Origin: Myxococcota bacterium
GTDB taxonomy: Bacteria; Myxococcota_A; Polyangia; Polyangiales; Sandaracinaceae
DNA: 64,000 bases
Assembly (NCBI GenBank): GCA_036149055.1
Contig: JAYZQJ010000074.1
Location: forward strand, 22,454 to 86,453
Reading direction: 5' to 3'
The translations under genes and the position numbers were made by a program. Shown here piece by piece: positions 48,123-59,612 of the stretch. Under the pieces are notes generated by a model that worked only from the letters and a program-made list of their open reading frames with translations, did not search any database and was not told the origin of the DNA. Numbering within the stretch: position 1 is the first letter of the stretch; each line of letters begins with the position of its first letter.

Positions 48123-48926
48123 CTAGAGGTGGAGAACCTCCTCGACCGCGGGGTGGCCGTACTCGGCCGCGCCGACCCGCACCTCGAGGTTGTCGGTGAT
48201 CTGGACCCGGCAGCGATCGTGGGTGTGCCCCGCGAGCACCGTGATCTTCCGGTCCGGGTGCGAGGCGGCCAGCTCGCGCAGCGCCTCGCCCACCGCGTGA
48301 CAGGTCATCCACGGCAGGAAGTCGTCGCCGCAGACGTGGCCGCGGTGGGTGGTCGCCTCGCGGAAGGGCGGGATGTGCGTGGCGACGTAGACGTGGCGGT
48401 GCGGGGCGAGCGCCTCGCCGAGGAGCGCGCGCAGCTTCTCGGCCTCGCGCCGCCCCAGCTCGCCCACCACCCGCACCAGCTCCTCGCGCGTCTCGGTCTT
48501 CAGCTCGTCGATGCGCACCGCGTCGTTGAAGAGGATCGGCGTGGTCAGGGCGTTGCCGAGCCGGCCGTCACCCCAGCCGTCGACGCCGACCAGCGCGGTG
48601 TCCCGGTCGAGCTTCACCACCCCCGACGCCGGCAGCCAGCGGAGGCGCGGCTCGATGGCGGAGATCTGGGTCAGCGCGTCGCGCATCTTCGCGACGCTCG
48701 CGCCGTAGTAGTCGTGGTTGCCGGCGACGAACCAGCAGGGCATGCGCCAGGCAGAGACGAGCTTCGCGAGGTGCCGGCCGAGCGCGGGCGCGACCGAGAT
48801 GTCGCCGGTGAGGATCACCCCGTCCGCACCGGTGCGCGCGACCTCGGCGCCGAACGCCGCGATCTGCGCGTCGGAGAGGAAGTCGAGGTGGATGTCGGTC
48901 AGCCAGGCGAGCTTGCGGTGGGTCAT
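48123..48926 (-). CDS. Metallophosphoesterase (CpdA/Icc-like)
   Basis: TDIH, LTGDIS, GNHDYY, THIPP, GHTH. Confidence 0.92.
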   Translation of the reverse strand: MTHRKLAWLTDIHLDFLSDAQIAAFGAEVARTGADGVILTGDISVAPALGRHLAKLVSAWRMPCWFVAGNHDYYGASVAKMRDALTQISAIEPRLRWLPASGVVKLDRDTALVGVDGWGDGRLGNALTTPILFNDAVRIDELKTETREELVRVVGELGRREAEKLRALLGEALAPHRHVYVATHIPPFREATTHRGHVCGDDFLPWMTCHAVGEALRELAASHPDRKITVLAGHTHDRCRVQITDNLEVRVGAAEYGHPAVEEVLHL

Positions 48927-50497
48927 CGCTCCGGCTGGAGGCGTATCCGGATCACGCCGGTCTGGCCACTGCGGGCCCCCGGAGCGCGCAAGTCGAGCGT
49001 CATGTCCGTGCCGCGCTCGGGGATCTGGCTCGCCTCGAGATCCGCGGTGCCGATGACCTCGTCGTTCACCGTGTCCTCGTCGTAGACGACGAAGCGGATC
49101 GGGAAGTCCTCCTCGCGGAGCGCGCCCGGGAGCCAGAGCCCGAAGCGGGCCTCGCGGTTGTCGTCCACCACCGGCGAGCGCGCGAGCTCGCGGCCGTCGC
49201 GCGCGATCGAGACGACGACCACGTAGGGATCGGGGTCGCCCCCGATGACGTCCCAGGAGCCGCCGCTCGCGTTCTCCGCCGCGACGCTCACGCTCCGGAC
49301 CTCGACCCGGATCGCGCGGCCGCGGGTGCCCGAGGGGACCACCGTGCTCGAGGTCGCGCCGGGCTGCGGGCCGCCCTGCGCGACCGCGGCGCCGCCCTCC
49401 CCCTCGGCCACCGGCGTGACCCGGTAGCGCAGCTGCGCGGGGAGCGACGAGCCCGAGAGGGGGGTGACCACCAGCACCGAGCGGCAGTCGGCGCTGTCGA
49501 GGCGCACCGAGCGCGGCGCGTGGGTGCTCCGGAGCTCGGCCACGCGATCCCCCTGCGGCGGCCCCTGGCGCTGCCCGTTCCACGCCGCGTCGAGCCAGGC
49601 GTGCAGCGTGTCCTCGCACACCCGGCGGACCTCCGCGCCGTCGCCCTCCTCGAGCTCGACGTCGAGGTTCACCCCGGCGGCGTCGCTCGCGATCGGGCCG
49701 ACCACGTCCATGCCGCCCGGCCACACCGCGGAGCGCTCGTTGACGAGCCAGGCGCCCTGCCCCGGCGACATCTCCCACGGGCGGAGCGGCGTCTGGCCGC
49801 GCGGCAGCTCGCCGAGCATGAAGTCCATCTGCTCGGTGTCGAGCTGGTAGGTGACGGTGAAGCCGGTCGCGAGCCGCTCCTGGAGCCGCTGCGATCCCTC
49901 CTCGGCCGCCTGCTGCTGCGCGCGATCGCTCGCCGAGCTGCCGGTCATGTCGAGGATGCCGCCGAGGAGCGACGAGAAGAGGCCGGTCGCCTCCGCCTGC
50001 ACCAGGCCGGTCGGCTCGACGTGCGCGGTGACGCCGGGCGCCGGGTGGAGCCAGATGCTCGCGATCCGGGTGCGCGCGTCGTAGCCGAGGTGGAAGGAGG
50101 CGGCGAAGGTCGCCTCGCCGTCGAAGCGGAGGTACTGCCGCACCCGGAAGCCGGTGCTCTCGCGGTCGAGCCAGGTCCAGCCCGGGCCCCCGATCGACAC
50201 CCGGAGCCGGTCGTCCTCCACCCGCGCCTCGCAGCGGCGGATCCACCAGCGACCGACCGCGGCGTCCTGCCCCGCCGCCGGGCCCTCGTGCGACTCCTCG
50301 CCGGGCAGGCCGATGAAGCTGCCGGTGACCTGCTCGCAGATCCGGGGCGCGATCAGGTTGGCCATCAACTCGCTGAGCTCGTCCGGCGTGCCCTCCTCGC
50401 CGCCCGCGGTCTCGTCGCACTGCGCCTGCTGCGGCTCGCCGTACGAGACCGGGCCGCAGCCGGCCAGCAGGATCGTCAGACAGATGATTCGGTGCAC
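48923..50497 (-). CDS. Lipoprotein with C-terminal C2-like domain
   Basis: LAGC lipobox; GSWDVIGGDPDPYV..VYDEDTVNDEVIG. Confidence 0.78.
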   Translation of the reverse strand: MHRIICLTILLAGCGPVSYGEPQQAQCDETAGGEEGTPDELSELMANLIAPRICEQVTGSFIGLPGEESHEGPAAGQDAAVGRWWIRRCEARVEDDRLRVSIGGPGWTWLDRESTGFRVRQYLRFDGEATFAASFHLGYDARTRIASIWLHPAPGVTAHVEPTGLVQAEATGLFSSLLGGILDMTGSSASDRAQQQAAEEGSQRLQERLATGFTVTYQLDTEQMDFMLGELPRGQTPLRPWEMSPGQGAWLVNERSAVWPGGMDVVGPIASDAAGVNLDVELEEGDGAEVRRVCEDTLHAWLDAAWNGQRQGPPQGDRVAELRSTHAPRSVRLDSADCRSVLVVTPLSGSSLPAQLRYRVTPVAEGEGGAAVAQGGPQPGATSSTVVPSGTRGRAIRVEVRSVSVAAENASGGSWDVIGGDPDPYVVVVSIARDGRELARSPVVDDNREARFGLWLPGALREEDFPIRFVVYDEDTVNDEVIGTADLEASQIPERGTDMTLDLRAPGARSGQTGVIRIRLQPER

Positions 50498-50740
50498 CGT
50501 CCCCTCCATCGCGCGGGAGCATACCGCCCCTCGGGTCGGGCGCGTGAACGCTCCCGCGCCCCGTCCGCATTTCCGGAGCCGTCAGACGGCTGGCGCCGGG
50601 GTCGGGGCGCCGTCGCTCTCGGGCGCCCGCGCGGCCCCCTGCGCCCGAGGAAGCGCGCGGCACGCGGAGTGCAAACCCACGCCTCGATGACCGCATCCGC
50701 CGCTCGCACCCTCCACGGCTACGCCGGGGGAGTCGCCGCC

Positions 50741-52018
50741 ATGACCCCGGTGGAGGTGCCGGAGCGCCTCGCCTCGATCCAGGACCGCTACGACATCGGC
50801 CCGCCGATCGGCGAGGGCGGCATGGGCGTCGTCTACCGGGTCCGCCACGTGCTGCTCGGTCGCGACATGGCCCTCAAGCTGCTGCGCCCGGAGCACGCCC
50901 GCGACCCGCTGGTGCTCGAGCGCATGCACCGGGAGGCGCTGAGCGCGGCCCAGATCGACAGCCCCCACGTGGCCCGGGTCTTCGACTTCGGCCTGCTCGA
51001 CGACGGCGCCCCCTACATCGTCATGGAGCTGCTCGAGGGGCGGGAGCTGTCGGAGGAGCTGCAGCGGGAGGCGCGGCTGCCGTGGGCGCGGGTCGCCGAT
51101 CTCGCCCTGCAGGTGTGCGACGCGCTGGCCAAGGTGCACCGCGCGGGCGTCGTGCACCGCGATCTCAAGCCCGAGAACCTCTTCCTCGTCGACCGCCCCG
51201 AGGGCGAGGACTTCGTGAAGATCCTCGACTTCGGCCTCGCCAAGGTCTCCGGCGGCGCCTCGCTCTCGCGGGCCGGGATGGCGATCGGCACGCCGAGCTA
51301 CATGTCGCCCGAGCAGTGCGCGGGGGAGGCGACCGACGCGAGCACCGACCTCTACGCGCTCGGCTGCGTGCTCTACGAGCTGCTCTCCGGCCGGCCGCCC
51401 TTCGTCGCCGAGCGCTACAGCGACGTGCTGGTCGCGCACATCACCCAGGCGCCGCAGCCCCTCGGCGAGCTCGTCCCCGGGCTGCCCGAGGACGCGGAGG
51501 CGCTGGTGATGCGCTGCCTGCAGAAGGACCCGGAGTGGCGGTTCGAGTCGGTCGACGAGCTCGCCGACGCCATCCGCGCGGTCGACGGCGCCGTCCCGGA
51601 GCGCTCGGGCACCCGCCGCATCCCCGAGGCTCGACGCCGCCGCGCGCCGATCGCCCTGCCCGCCCCGGCCGAGCCCTCGAACGCGCTCGTCTGGACCCTG
51701 GCGGTGGCCCTGCTCGGCGCGGTGGCCGCGCTGATCGCCGCGTTCGCGCTCGTTCGCCCCGCAGCGCCCACGAGGCCGACGGCGCCGACGATCGCGGCCG
51801 CGCCCGCCGAGACCTTCCTCCTCGCCACCGATCCGCCCGGCGCCGCGCTCCGGGTCGACGGCGCGCCCCGCGGCCACACCCCACTCCGCCTCTCCGCCGA
51901 GGACGTGGCCGGCCGCGCGCTCGAGCTGACGCTCGAGGGCCACGCGCCGCGTGAGCTCCGCCTCTCGCCCGACGTCTCGGGCGCGGTGCGCGTCTACCTC
52001 GACCCCGTCTCGCCTTGA
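50741..52018 (+). CDS. Membrane Ser/Thr kinase with PEGA domain
   Basis: GEGGMGVV, HRDLKPEN, DFG, GTPSYMSPE; TM helix; TDPPGA.LRVDG..GHTPL. Confidence 0.93.
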   Translation: MTPVEVPERLASIQDRYDIGPPIGEGGMGVVYRVRHVLLGRDMALKLLRPEHARDPLVLERMHREALSAAQIDSPHVARVFDFGLLDDGAPYIVMELLEGRELSEELQREARLPWARVADLALQVCDALAKVHRAGVVHRDLKPENLFLVDRPEGEDFVKILDFGLAKVSGGASLSRAGMAIGTPSYMSPEQCAGEATDASTDLYALGCVLYELLSGRPPFVAERYSDVLVAHITQAPQPLGELVPGLPEDAEALVMRCLQKDPEWRFESVDELADAIRAVDGAVPERSGTRRIPEARRRRAPIALPAPAEPSNALVWTLAVALLGAVAALIAAFALVRPAAPTRPTAPTIAAAPAETFLLATDPPGAALRVDGAPRGHTPLRLSAEDVAGRALELTLEGHAPRELRLSPDVSGAVRVYLDPVSP

Positions 52019-52052
52019 CCGCCGCCCGCGCGCGCCCGGAAGCTCCCCCGAC

Positions 52053-52550
52053 GTGCGCGCCCTCTGCCTCCTCCTCGTCGCGCTCGGCGCCGGCTGCAGC
52101 GAGCCGCCGCCTCCGCGGCGCGCGTCGCTCCCGCCCGCGACCGAGGAGGTGCTCCGGCGCGTGGTCGCGAGCGAGGCCCCCGCGCTCTTCACCGGCGGCT
52201 CGGAGGCGGCCCGGCTCGCCTGGATGAGCGCGCTCGCGAAGGCGCGCGATCCGGGGCGACCCTTCCGCGTCGTGCGGACCGACGCCGACGCGGCGCGGGT
52301 GGAGGGCGGAGAGGTCGCGCTGATCCCGACCGTCGAGCGGCTCTCGCTCCCCGCCCAGCGGCGCCTCCGCGATCGGATGGCCGAGCGTGAGATCCGGGCC
52401 CTCGGCGGCTCCGACGTGCGCGCCGACGCGCCGGAGCTCGACCCGGCCTTCCACCACCGGCTCTCGGTGCTCGTCCTGCACGTCCCGGGGCTCGACGCCG
52501 TCGACGGCCCCGCCAAGGAGCTCGCGCGCTGGGCGTCAGCCGACCGGTAG
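52053..52550 (+). CDS. Small lipoprotein-like protein resembling a degenerate sigma54-activator AAA domain
   Basis: GAGC lipobox; ERLSLPAQRRL..EREIRALGG and FHHRLSVLVLHVPGL. Confidence 0.55.
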   Translation: MRALCLLLVALGAGCSEPPPPRRASLPPATEEVLRRVVASEAPALFTGGSEAARLAWMSALAKARDPGRPFRVVRTDADAARVEGGEVALIPTVERLSLPAQRRLRDRMAEREIRALGGSDVRADAPELDPAFHHRLSVLVLHVPGLDAVDGPAKELARWASADR

Positions 52551-55500
52551 GTCCGCGACGCCGTCCCAGCCCTCGGGCACGCCCTCGGCCGCCAGGGCGT
52601 GGGCCCGCTCCAGGGAGCGGCGGGCGAGGCGGTCGGCGGGCGTCGCGCGCAGGCAGGCCTCGAAGCCGGCGATGGCCTCGTCCACCCGGCCGGCCTCGAA
52701 CGCCTCGAGCGCGGCCTCGAAGCCGGCCCGGGTGTTCAGCCGCCGCTCCATCACCTCGGCCGGCTCCGCGTCGAGCACCTCGAAGAGGGTCAGCGCGCGC
52801 GCCCGGCCCCGCACCCGCACGCGGCCGGCTCGCCGGAGCGTGAACGCGCCCGGGTCGACCAGGCGGGCGACGGTCTGGTCGGAGACGAGCACGCGCGAGC
52901 CGCTCCAGCGCGTCAGGGTCTCGATGCGCGCGGCGACGTTCACCGCGTCGCCCACCACGCCGCACTTGATCGCGTGCGGGCCGCCGATGGTGCCGAGCGT
53001 CACCTCGCCGGTGTTGAGGCCCACCCCGGTGCGCACCTCGGGCAGCCCGCCGCGACGGCGCTCGAGGTTGAAGCGCTCCAGCGACCGGTGCACCGCGATC
53101 GCGGCCGAGACCGCGCGCTGCGGGTTCACGTCCGGCTCGTCGAAGAGGGCCATGATCCCGTCGCCGAGGTAGCTGTCGATGAAGCCGCCGCTGCCCGTGA
53201 TCGCCGGCTCGGCGAAGGAGAGGTAGCGGTTGACGAACGCGAGCGCGGTCTCGGCCGAGAGGCGCTCCACCAGCGGCGTGAAGCCCCAGATGTCCGAGAA
53301 GAAGACGGTGACCTCGGCGAGGCGGTGATCCCCCACCTCGACGTCCACGATGTCCTGCCGCCCGAGGCTGCGGAGGAACTGCGCCGGGACGAAGCGGTGC
53401 TGGGCCTCCTGGAGGCGCACGTTGCGCACGCTGACCGCGAGCTGCGGGGCGAGCATCTCGAGCACGCGCACCCGGTCGGGCCCGAACGCGCCCTCGGCGA
53501 GGTCGTTCTCGAAACACACGACGCCGAGGGTGCGGCCGCGGTGCTGGATGGGCGCGCAGAGGACCGAGCGGCCGTCGTCGTCGTGCACCTCGGCCCGCCC
53601 GCCGCGCCACACTCGCCGCACGATCGCCACCGGCAGCGAGGGCTCCGCCTCGAGGGGCGCGCCGCCCCGGAGCCTCGCCGGCTCACCGACCGCGCCGGTG
53701 GCCTCGAGGGCGAGCTCGCCGCGGCGCGTGAGGAGGAGCGCGCCGCGACGCGCGCTGACGCTCGACAGCAGGATCTCCATCGCGCGCGCGAGCAGGGCGT
53801 CGAGGCTCACCTCCTCCGCGATCGCCTGGCTGGCCTGGAGCACGCTGTCCAGGTCGAGCTCTCGCGAGGGGACGCTGCCGCTCGACGACTCGCTGCGGGC
53901 GCGAGGGACCGAGCTCTCGGCAGGCAGCCGGTGCTCGCGCTCGAGCCGGGCGACCTGCGCGGTGGCGCCCCAGCGCTGCCAGGCGTGCCGCGCGTCGCGG
54001 AGGCAGATCTCGGCCATGCGATCGGCGCCCGCGTCGAGGTGCATCGCGGCCGCGCGCTCGTTGGCCCACGCCGCGTGGTGCACGAAGCCGCTCCGCTCCG
54101 CGCCGTCGATCGCCTCCTCGTAGAGCCGGGCGGCGGCGCCTCCGTCACCCTCGGCGCGCGCGAGCTCGGCGTCGAGGAGCGCGAGGAGGTGCGCGCCCGA
54201 GGCGGGGTTGTGCGCCGCGCAGGCCGCCACCGGGGCGCGCAGCTCTCGCGCCCGCTCGAGCGCCCGGTCGACGCCCGCGTCGAGGAGCGCGGCCGCCGCC
54301 TGCACCCGCATCGTCACCTGGTAGAAGAGCGCGAGGGCCCCGTCGGCGAAGCGCAGCACGTCCTCGGCCGCGGCGGCCGCGCCCTCTCGATCCCCGGAGA
54401 AGCTGCGCGCCATGAGGCGACAGACCGAGAGCACGAGCGCGGCCGCCCGGAAGTCGGTCGCGACGTAGCCCTCGAGCAGCGCGGCCTCGTCGTAGCCGTC
54501 GCCGTCGAGCCGCGCGGGGTCGTCGGTCTCGCCGCGCATCGCCGCGATCAGCCGCTGCAGCTGCAGCGTGCAGTGCAGCGCGGCCTGCACGTCGTGGAGC
54601 CGCATCACCGCCACGGCCCGGTCCGCCTCGAGGGCGAGCTCGTCGAGGGAGACCCCGGCGAGCACCCCGTTGAGCACCCGCATGTGCAGGACCCAGCCCG
54701 CGTACTCCAGGTCGCCCGCGTCCATGAGCGCGCGGTGCACGTCCGGGCTGTCCTCGTAGATCCGCCGGAGCGAGTCGTTCCATACCCGGGGGTAGTGATG
54801 CACGACGTGGCGAACCGGCCCCTCGAGCGCCCGCTCGCCCAGCCGCTCCTGGAGCGCGAGCGCGGTGCGCCCCTGCGCCGTCCCCTCCTCGAGCATCCAC
54901 CCGGCGCAGAGGCACAGCGAGTAGACCCCGAAGCCGTAGGCCGACTCCGCCGACGCCCCGCGCTCCACCGTGCGCCGGACCAGCTCGCAGGCGATCAGCG
55001 GCAAGAGGCTCGGCTCGGCCACGTAGGCGGCGGAGGCGATGCGCACGAGCAGGCCGCGGGCCGCGCGCTCGACCGCGTCGCCCTCGAGGCGCTTGGCCGA
55101 GACCGCGTCGGCGTCCCGGTCGCCGAGGGTCGCCATCGCGCCTCCGATGGCCGCCTGCACGTCCTCGGGCCCAGGGCGGCGCTCGAGGACGACCCCGACC
55201 TCCGAGAGCGCGGCGAGGGCGGCGTCGAGCGCCTCGTGCAGCTCGCCCGCGGCGATGCGCGCCTGCACGACGACCTCCTCCGCGCGCAGCCGGTCGACCG
55301 GGTCTCGCGCGCGCTCGCGGAGGGCGCCGAGGTGCGTCGCCATGCGGGCGCGGTCGCCGACGAGCCAGGCCGCGCGCGCCGCCTCCCGCAGGGTCCTCCG
55401 CGCGCCCTCGGGGTCCGCGTCCAGCCCGCCGAGCGCGAGCGCGGCCTCGAAGAAGCGGTGCGCCGGATCGAAGGCGCTCGACTCGAGGGCGCGGTGGCCG

Positions 55501-57686
55501 GCGCGGGCCAAGAGCGCGTGGACCCGAGCGCGCTCCGCGTCGTCCAGCCGCGCGGTCGCCGCGAGGGCCCAGTGCTCGGCCGCGGCGAACAGCCGGTCGG
55601 GCGAGGTCGAGAGGGCGCGCGCCAGCGCCAGGTGGGTCCGCGCGCGCTCGCCCTCGGGGAGCAGCTCCCGCGCGACCTGCTGCAGGCGATCGTGCACGAA
55701 GGTGAACCGCGCCCGGGCGGCCCCGGCCCACCAGCCGTCGTCGACCGGCGAGATGATCTGGGCGCGCACCGCCTCCGCGAGCGCGCGCCCGCACGCCTCC
55801 GCCGACAGGTCGAGCGCGTCCCGCACGATCTCCGCGTCGAGCTCGTCGCCCAGCAGGGAGGCGGCGGCGAGCACCCGGCGCGTCTCGTCGGTGAGCGCGG
55901 ACAGCTCCCGGGAGAGCAGGCCGACGACGTTGTCGGACGGCCCGAGGCGCCGGATCGCGGCGAGGTCCCAGCCCCACGCGCGGCGCTCCACGTCGAAGCG
56001 GAGCGCGCCCTCGGCGTTGGCTCGCTCGAGCAGGCGGCGGAGGAAGAACGGGTTGCCGTGGGTCTGGCCGTGCAGCGCGGCCGCCAGCGGGGCCACCGGC
56101 GCGAGCGAGGGCTCGAGGGCGCGGGCGACCAGCGCCTCCACGTCGTCGGCCGCGAGCGGGGCGAGCGCGAAGCGGCGGACGCTCACCCCGGTCGAGGCCA
56201 CCGCGTCGAGCGTCGGCAGCAGCGCGTGGTCGGCGCCCACCTCCTCGGCGCGCCACGCCCCGAGGAGCAGCAGGTGCGCCAGCGTCGGATCGCGGAGCAG
56301 CGTCTCGAGCGCCCGGAGCGACGGCAGGTCCGCCCACTGGAGGTCGTCGAGGAAGAGCACCAGCGGTCGCTCGGCGCTGGCCACCGCGCGCAGCGCGCGG
56401 CGCATCGTCTCGTGCAGCCGACGCTGCGCCTCGGTCGGCCCGAGCGGCGGCACCGGGGGCTGCGGTCCGAGCAGGATCTCGAGGCTCGGCGCGAGCTCGA
56501 GGAGGAGCCGGGCGTTCGGCGCGACCGCGGCCAGGAGCCGCTCCCGCTCGCGCTCGACCTCCTCGGTCGGGGCGGACAGGACCTCCTCGCAGAACGCCTC
56601 GAGCGCCTGACGCAGCGCGAGGTACGGCTGGTCCCGCGCGAACTGATCGAACTTCCCGCTGACCACCCGCGCCCCCGCCGCGGTCGCCGGCGCCAGGATC
56701 TCGCGGACGAGCGACGTCTTGCCGACGCCGGCCTCGCCTTCGATCCAGACGACCTCGACCGCCCCGGCCCGCGCGCCGTCGAGGGCGGCCCGGAGCGCGC
56801 TCACCTCCCGGTCGCGCCCGCGCAGCCCCTCGGGCAGGGTCACCTGATCGCCGACCAGGCGGCCGACGGTGGGCGCGCTCGCGTCGTCGAGCCACGCCTC
56901 CAGGTCCATCACGACGCCCTCGGCGCTCTGGTAGCGCTCCTCGGGGGCCTTGCGGAGCAGCGCCCCGACCAGCGCGGGCAGCGCCGCCGGGAGGCCGCGC
57001 ATCACCGGGGTCAGCGGCGGGGCCGGCGCGGCGAGGTGGGCGTGCACGTAGCCGAGCAGGTCGGCGCGCTCGAACGGGAGGCGCCCCGCGAACAGCTCGT
57101 AGAGGGTGACGCCGAGCGCGTAGAGGTCGGAGCGCGGGTCGACCGACCGGTTCGTGCGCCCGGTCTGCTCGGGCGCGAGGTAGGCCGGCGTGCCCTCGAG
57201 GCTGCCGAGGGGCTGAGGCCGCGCGCGGCGACGCGGGACGGCGGAGGCGAGGTCGAAGTCGATCAACCAGACCCGCCGGCTCGCGAGCTCCACCAGACAG
57301 TTGGACGGGTTCAGGTCGCGGTGGAGGACGCCCTTGGCGTGCACCCGGGCGAGCGCGCGGGCGAGGCCGAGGGCCACGGTGAGCGCGATCTCCGCCGACG
57401 CGCGCGCCTCGCCCATCACCCGCGCGAGCGCCACGCCGCCGACGTCTTCGGTCGCGAGCCACGCCGTCCGGCCGAGCTCGAGGGCGACCGGCGCCGGGGC
57501 CCCCTCCCCGTCCACCGTGCTCAGGAGCGCGTGCTCGCGCCGCAGCCGGTCCAGCTCCGCCGACGTCGGCCAGAAGGAACGGAGCTGCTTGAGCACGAGC
57601 CGCCGCCCCGCCTCGTCCTCGCCGCGCACGACCCGCGTCCGCGGCCCGTCGTACAGGACCTCGAGCTCCCGAATCCCCTCCGTCAT
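52536..57686 (-). CDS. Multidomain Ser/Thr kinase-AAA ATPase-GAF-adenylate/guanylate cyclase
   Basis: HRDLNPSN, GEAGVGKTS, FLDDLQWAD, THGNPFF, FVHDRLQ, GAF, FFSDIWGFT, YLGDGIMA, GDAVNVAARIE. Confidence 0.93.
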   Translation of the reverse strand: MTEGIRELEVLYDGPRTRVVRGEDEAGRRLVLKQLRSFWPTSAELDRLRREHALLSTVDGEGAPAPVALELGRTAWLATEDVGGVALARVMGEARASAEIALTVALGLARALARVHAKGVLHRDLNPSNCLVELASRRVWLIDFDLASAVPRRRARPQPLGSLEGTPAYLAPEQTGRTNRSVDPRSDLYALGVTLYELFAGRLPFERADLLGYVHAHLAAPAPPLTPVMRGLPAALPALVGALLRKAPEERYQSAEGVVMDLEAWLDDASAPTVGRLVGDQVTLPEGLRGRDREVSALRAALDGARAGAVEVVWIEGEAGVGKTSLVREILAPATAAGARVVSGKFDQFARDQPYLALRQALEAFCEEVLSAPTEEVERERERLLAAVAPNARLLLELAPSLEILLGPQPPVPPLGPTEAQRRLHETMRRALRAVASAERPLVLFLDDLQWADLPSLRALETLLRDPTLAHLLLLGAWRAEEVGADHALLPTLDAVASTGVSVRRFALAPLAADDVEALVARALEPSLAPVAPLAAALHGQTHGNPFFLRRLLERANAEGALRFDVERRAWGWDLAAIRRLGPSDNVVGLLSRELSALTDETRRVLAAASLLGDELDAEIVRDALDLSAEACGRALAEAVRAQIISPVDDGWWAGAARARFTFVHDRLQQVARELLPEGERARTHLALARALSTSPDRLFAAAEHWALAATARLDDAERARVHALLARAGHRALESSAFDPAHRFFEAALALGGLDADPEGARRTLREAARAAWLVGDRARMATHLGALRERARDPVDRLRAEEVVVQARIAAGELHEALDAALAALSEVGVVLERRPGPEDVQAAIGGAMATLGDRDADAVSAKRLEGDAVERAARGLLVRIASAAYVAEPSLLPLIACELVRRTVERGASAESAYGFGVYSLCLCAGWMLEEGTAQGRTALALQERLGERALEGPVRHVVHHYPRVWNDSLRRIYEDSPDVHRALMDAGDLEYAGWVLHMRVLNGVLAGVSLDELALEADRAVAVMRLHDVQAALHCTLQLQRLIAAMRGETDDPARLDGDGYDEAALLEGYVATDFRAAALVLSVCRLMARSFSGDREGAAAAAEDVLRFADGALALFYQVTMRVQAAAALLDAGVDRALERARELRAPVAACAAHNPASGAHLLALLDAELARAEGDGGAAARLYEEAIDGAERSGFVHHAAWANERAAAMHLDAGADRMAEICLRDARHAWQRWGATAQVARLEREHRLPAESSVPRARSESSSGSVPSRELDLDSVLQASQAIAEEVSLDALLARAMEILLSSVSARRGALLLTRRGELALEATGAVGEPARLRGGAPLEAEPSLPVAIVRRVWRGGRAEVHDDDGRSVLCAPIQHRGRTLGVVCFENDLAEGAFGPDRVRVLEMLAPQLAVSVRNVRLQEAQHRFVPAQFLRSLGRQDIVDVEVGDHRLAEVTVFFSDIWGFTPLVERLSAETALAFVNRYLSFAEPAITGSGGFIDSYLGDGIMALFDEPDVNPQRAVSAAIAVHRSLERFNLERRRGGLPEVRTGVGLNTGEVTLGTIGGPHAIKCGVVGDAVNVAARIETLTRWSGSRVLVSDQTVARLVDPGAFTLRRAGRVRVRGRARALTLFEVLDAEPAEVMERRLNTRAGFEAALEAFEAGRVDEAIAGFEACLRATPADRLARRSLERAHALAAEGVPEGWDGVADLPVG

Positions 57687-57724
57687 CCCCGTGCGGACAG
57701 TCTAGCAGCCCGGGGCTCGGGACC

Positions 57725-59095
<1,371 letters not shown>

Positions 59096-59223
59096 CCGCC
59101 GATTGAATCACCCCGACCCCACCGGGTCACGGAAGCGGCACGGTCCGACACGCCGACCCGGTGGCCCCGCAAAAGTTTCAGGGTCGGATGGCGATCTGAG
59201 GAGGGATCGCCGATCAGCCGTCA

Positions 59224-59238
59224 CGGAACGGCGATTGC
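59224..59238 (+). promoter_or_regulatory. Putative sigma54 (-24/-12) promoter
   Basis: CGGAACGGCGATTGC has correct GG-N10-GC spacing versus consensus TGGCACG-N4-TTGC; intergenic, oriented to the sigma factor gene. Confidence 0.5.
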
Positions 59239-59612
59239 GATCAGGGTGCGCGTCGCGCGGCCGGGCGCGCGGCGAGCTCTTCGACGTACCGCGAATGGGG
59301 AGGCCCCGAGGTGAGCGAGACGCCCACCGACCACAGGCGACGTGGCGCCGCGAGGCGGGGTGACGGGTGCGCTTTCCGTACGGCCATGATAGGTTCGGCC
59401 GTTGGCGCGTCGTCTGAGAGAGCATGGGACCGTCCGGGGTCGCTCGTCCAGCACGAGCGGAACCAGGGACCCTTCGTCCCAGGGCTCGACGCGACGCGAG
59501 GTGCACACGCGTGGCGGCGTGGGCGCAAACATACTTACCTTGTATGGCGACGGCGCGCGACCTGGCGGATCGAGCGCGGCGACGTCCACGGATCGGTGGA
59601 AGGGGATCGAGA

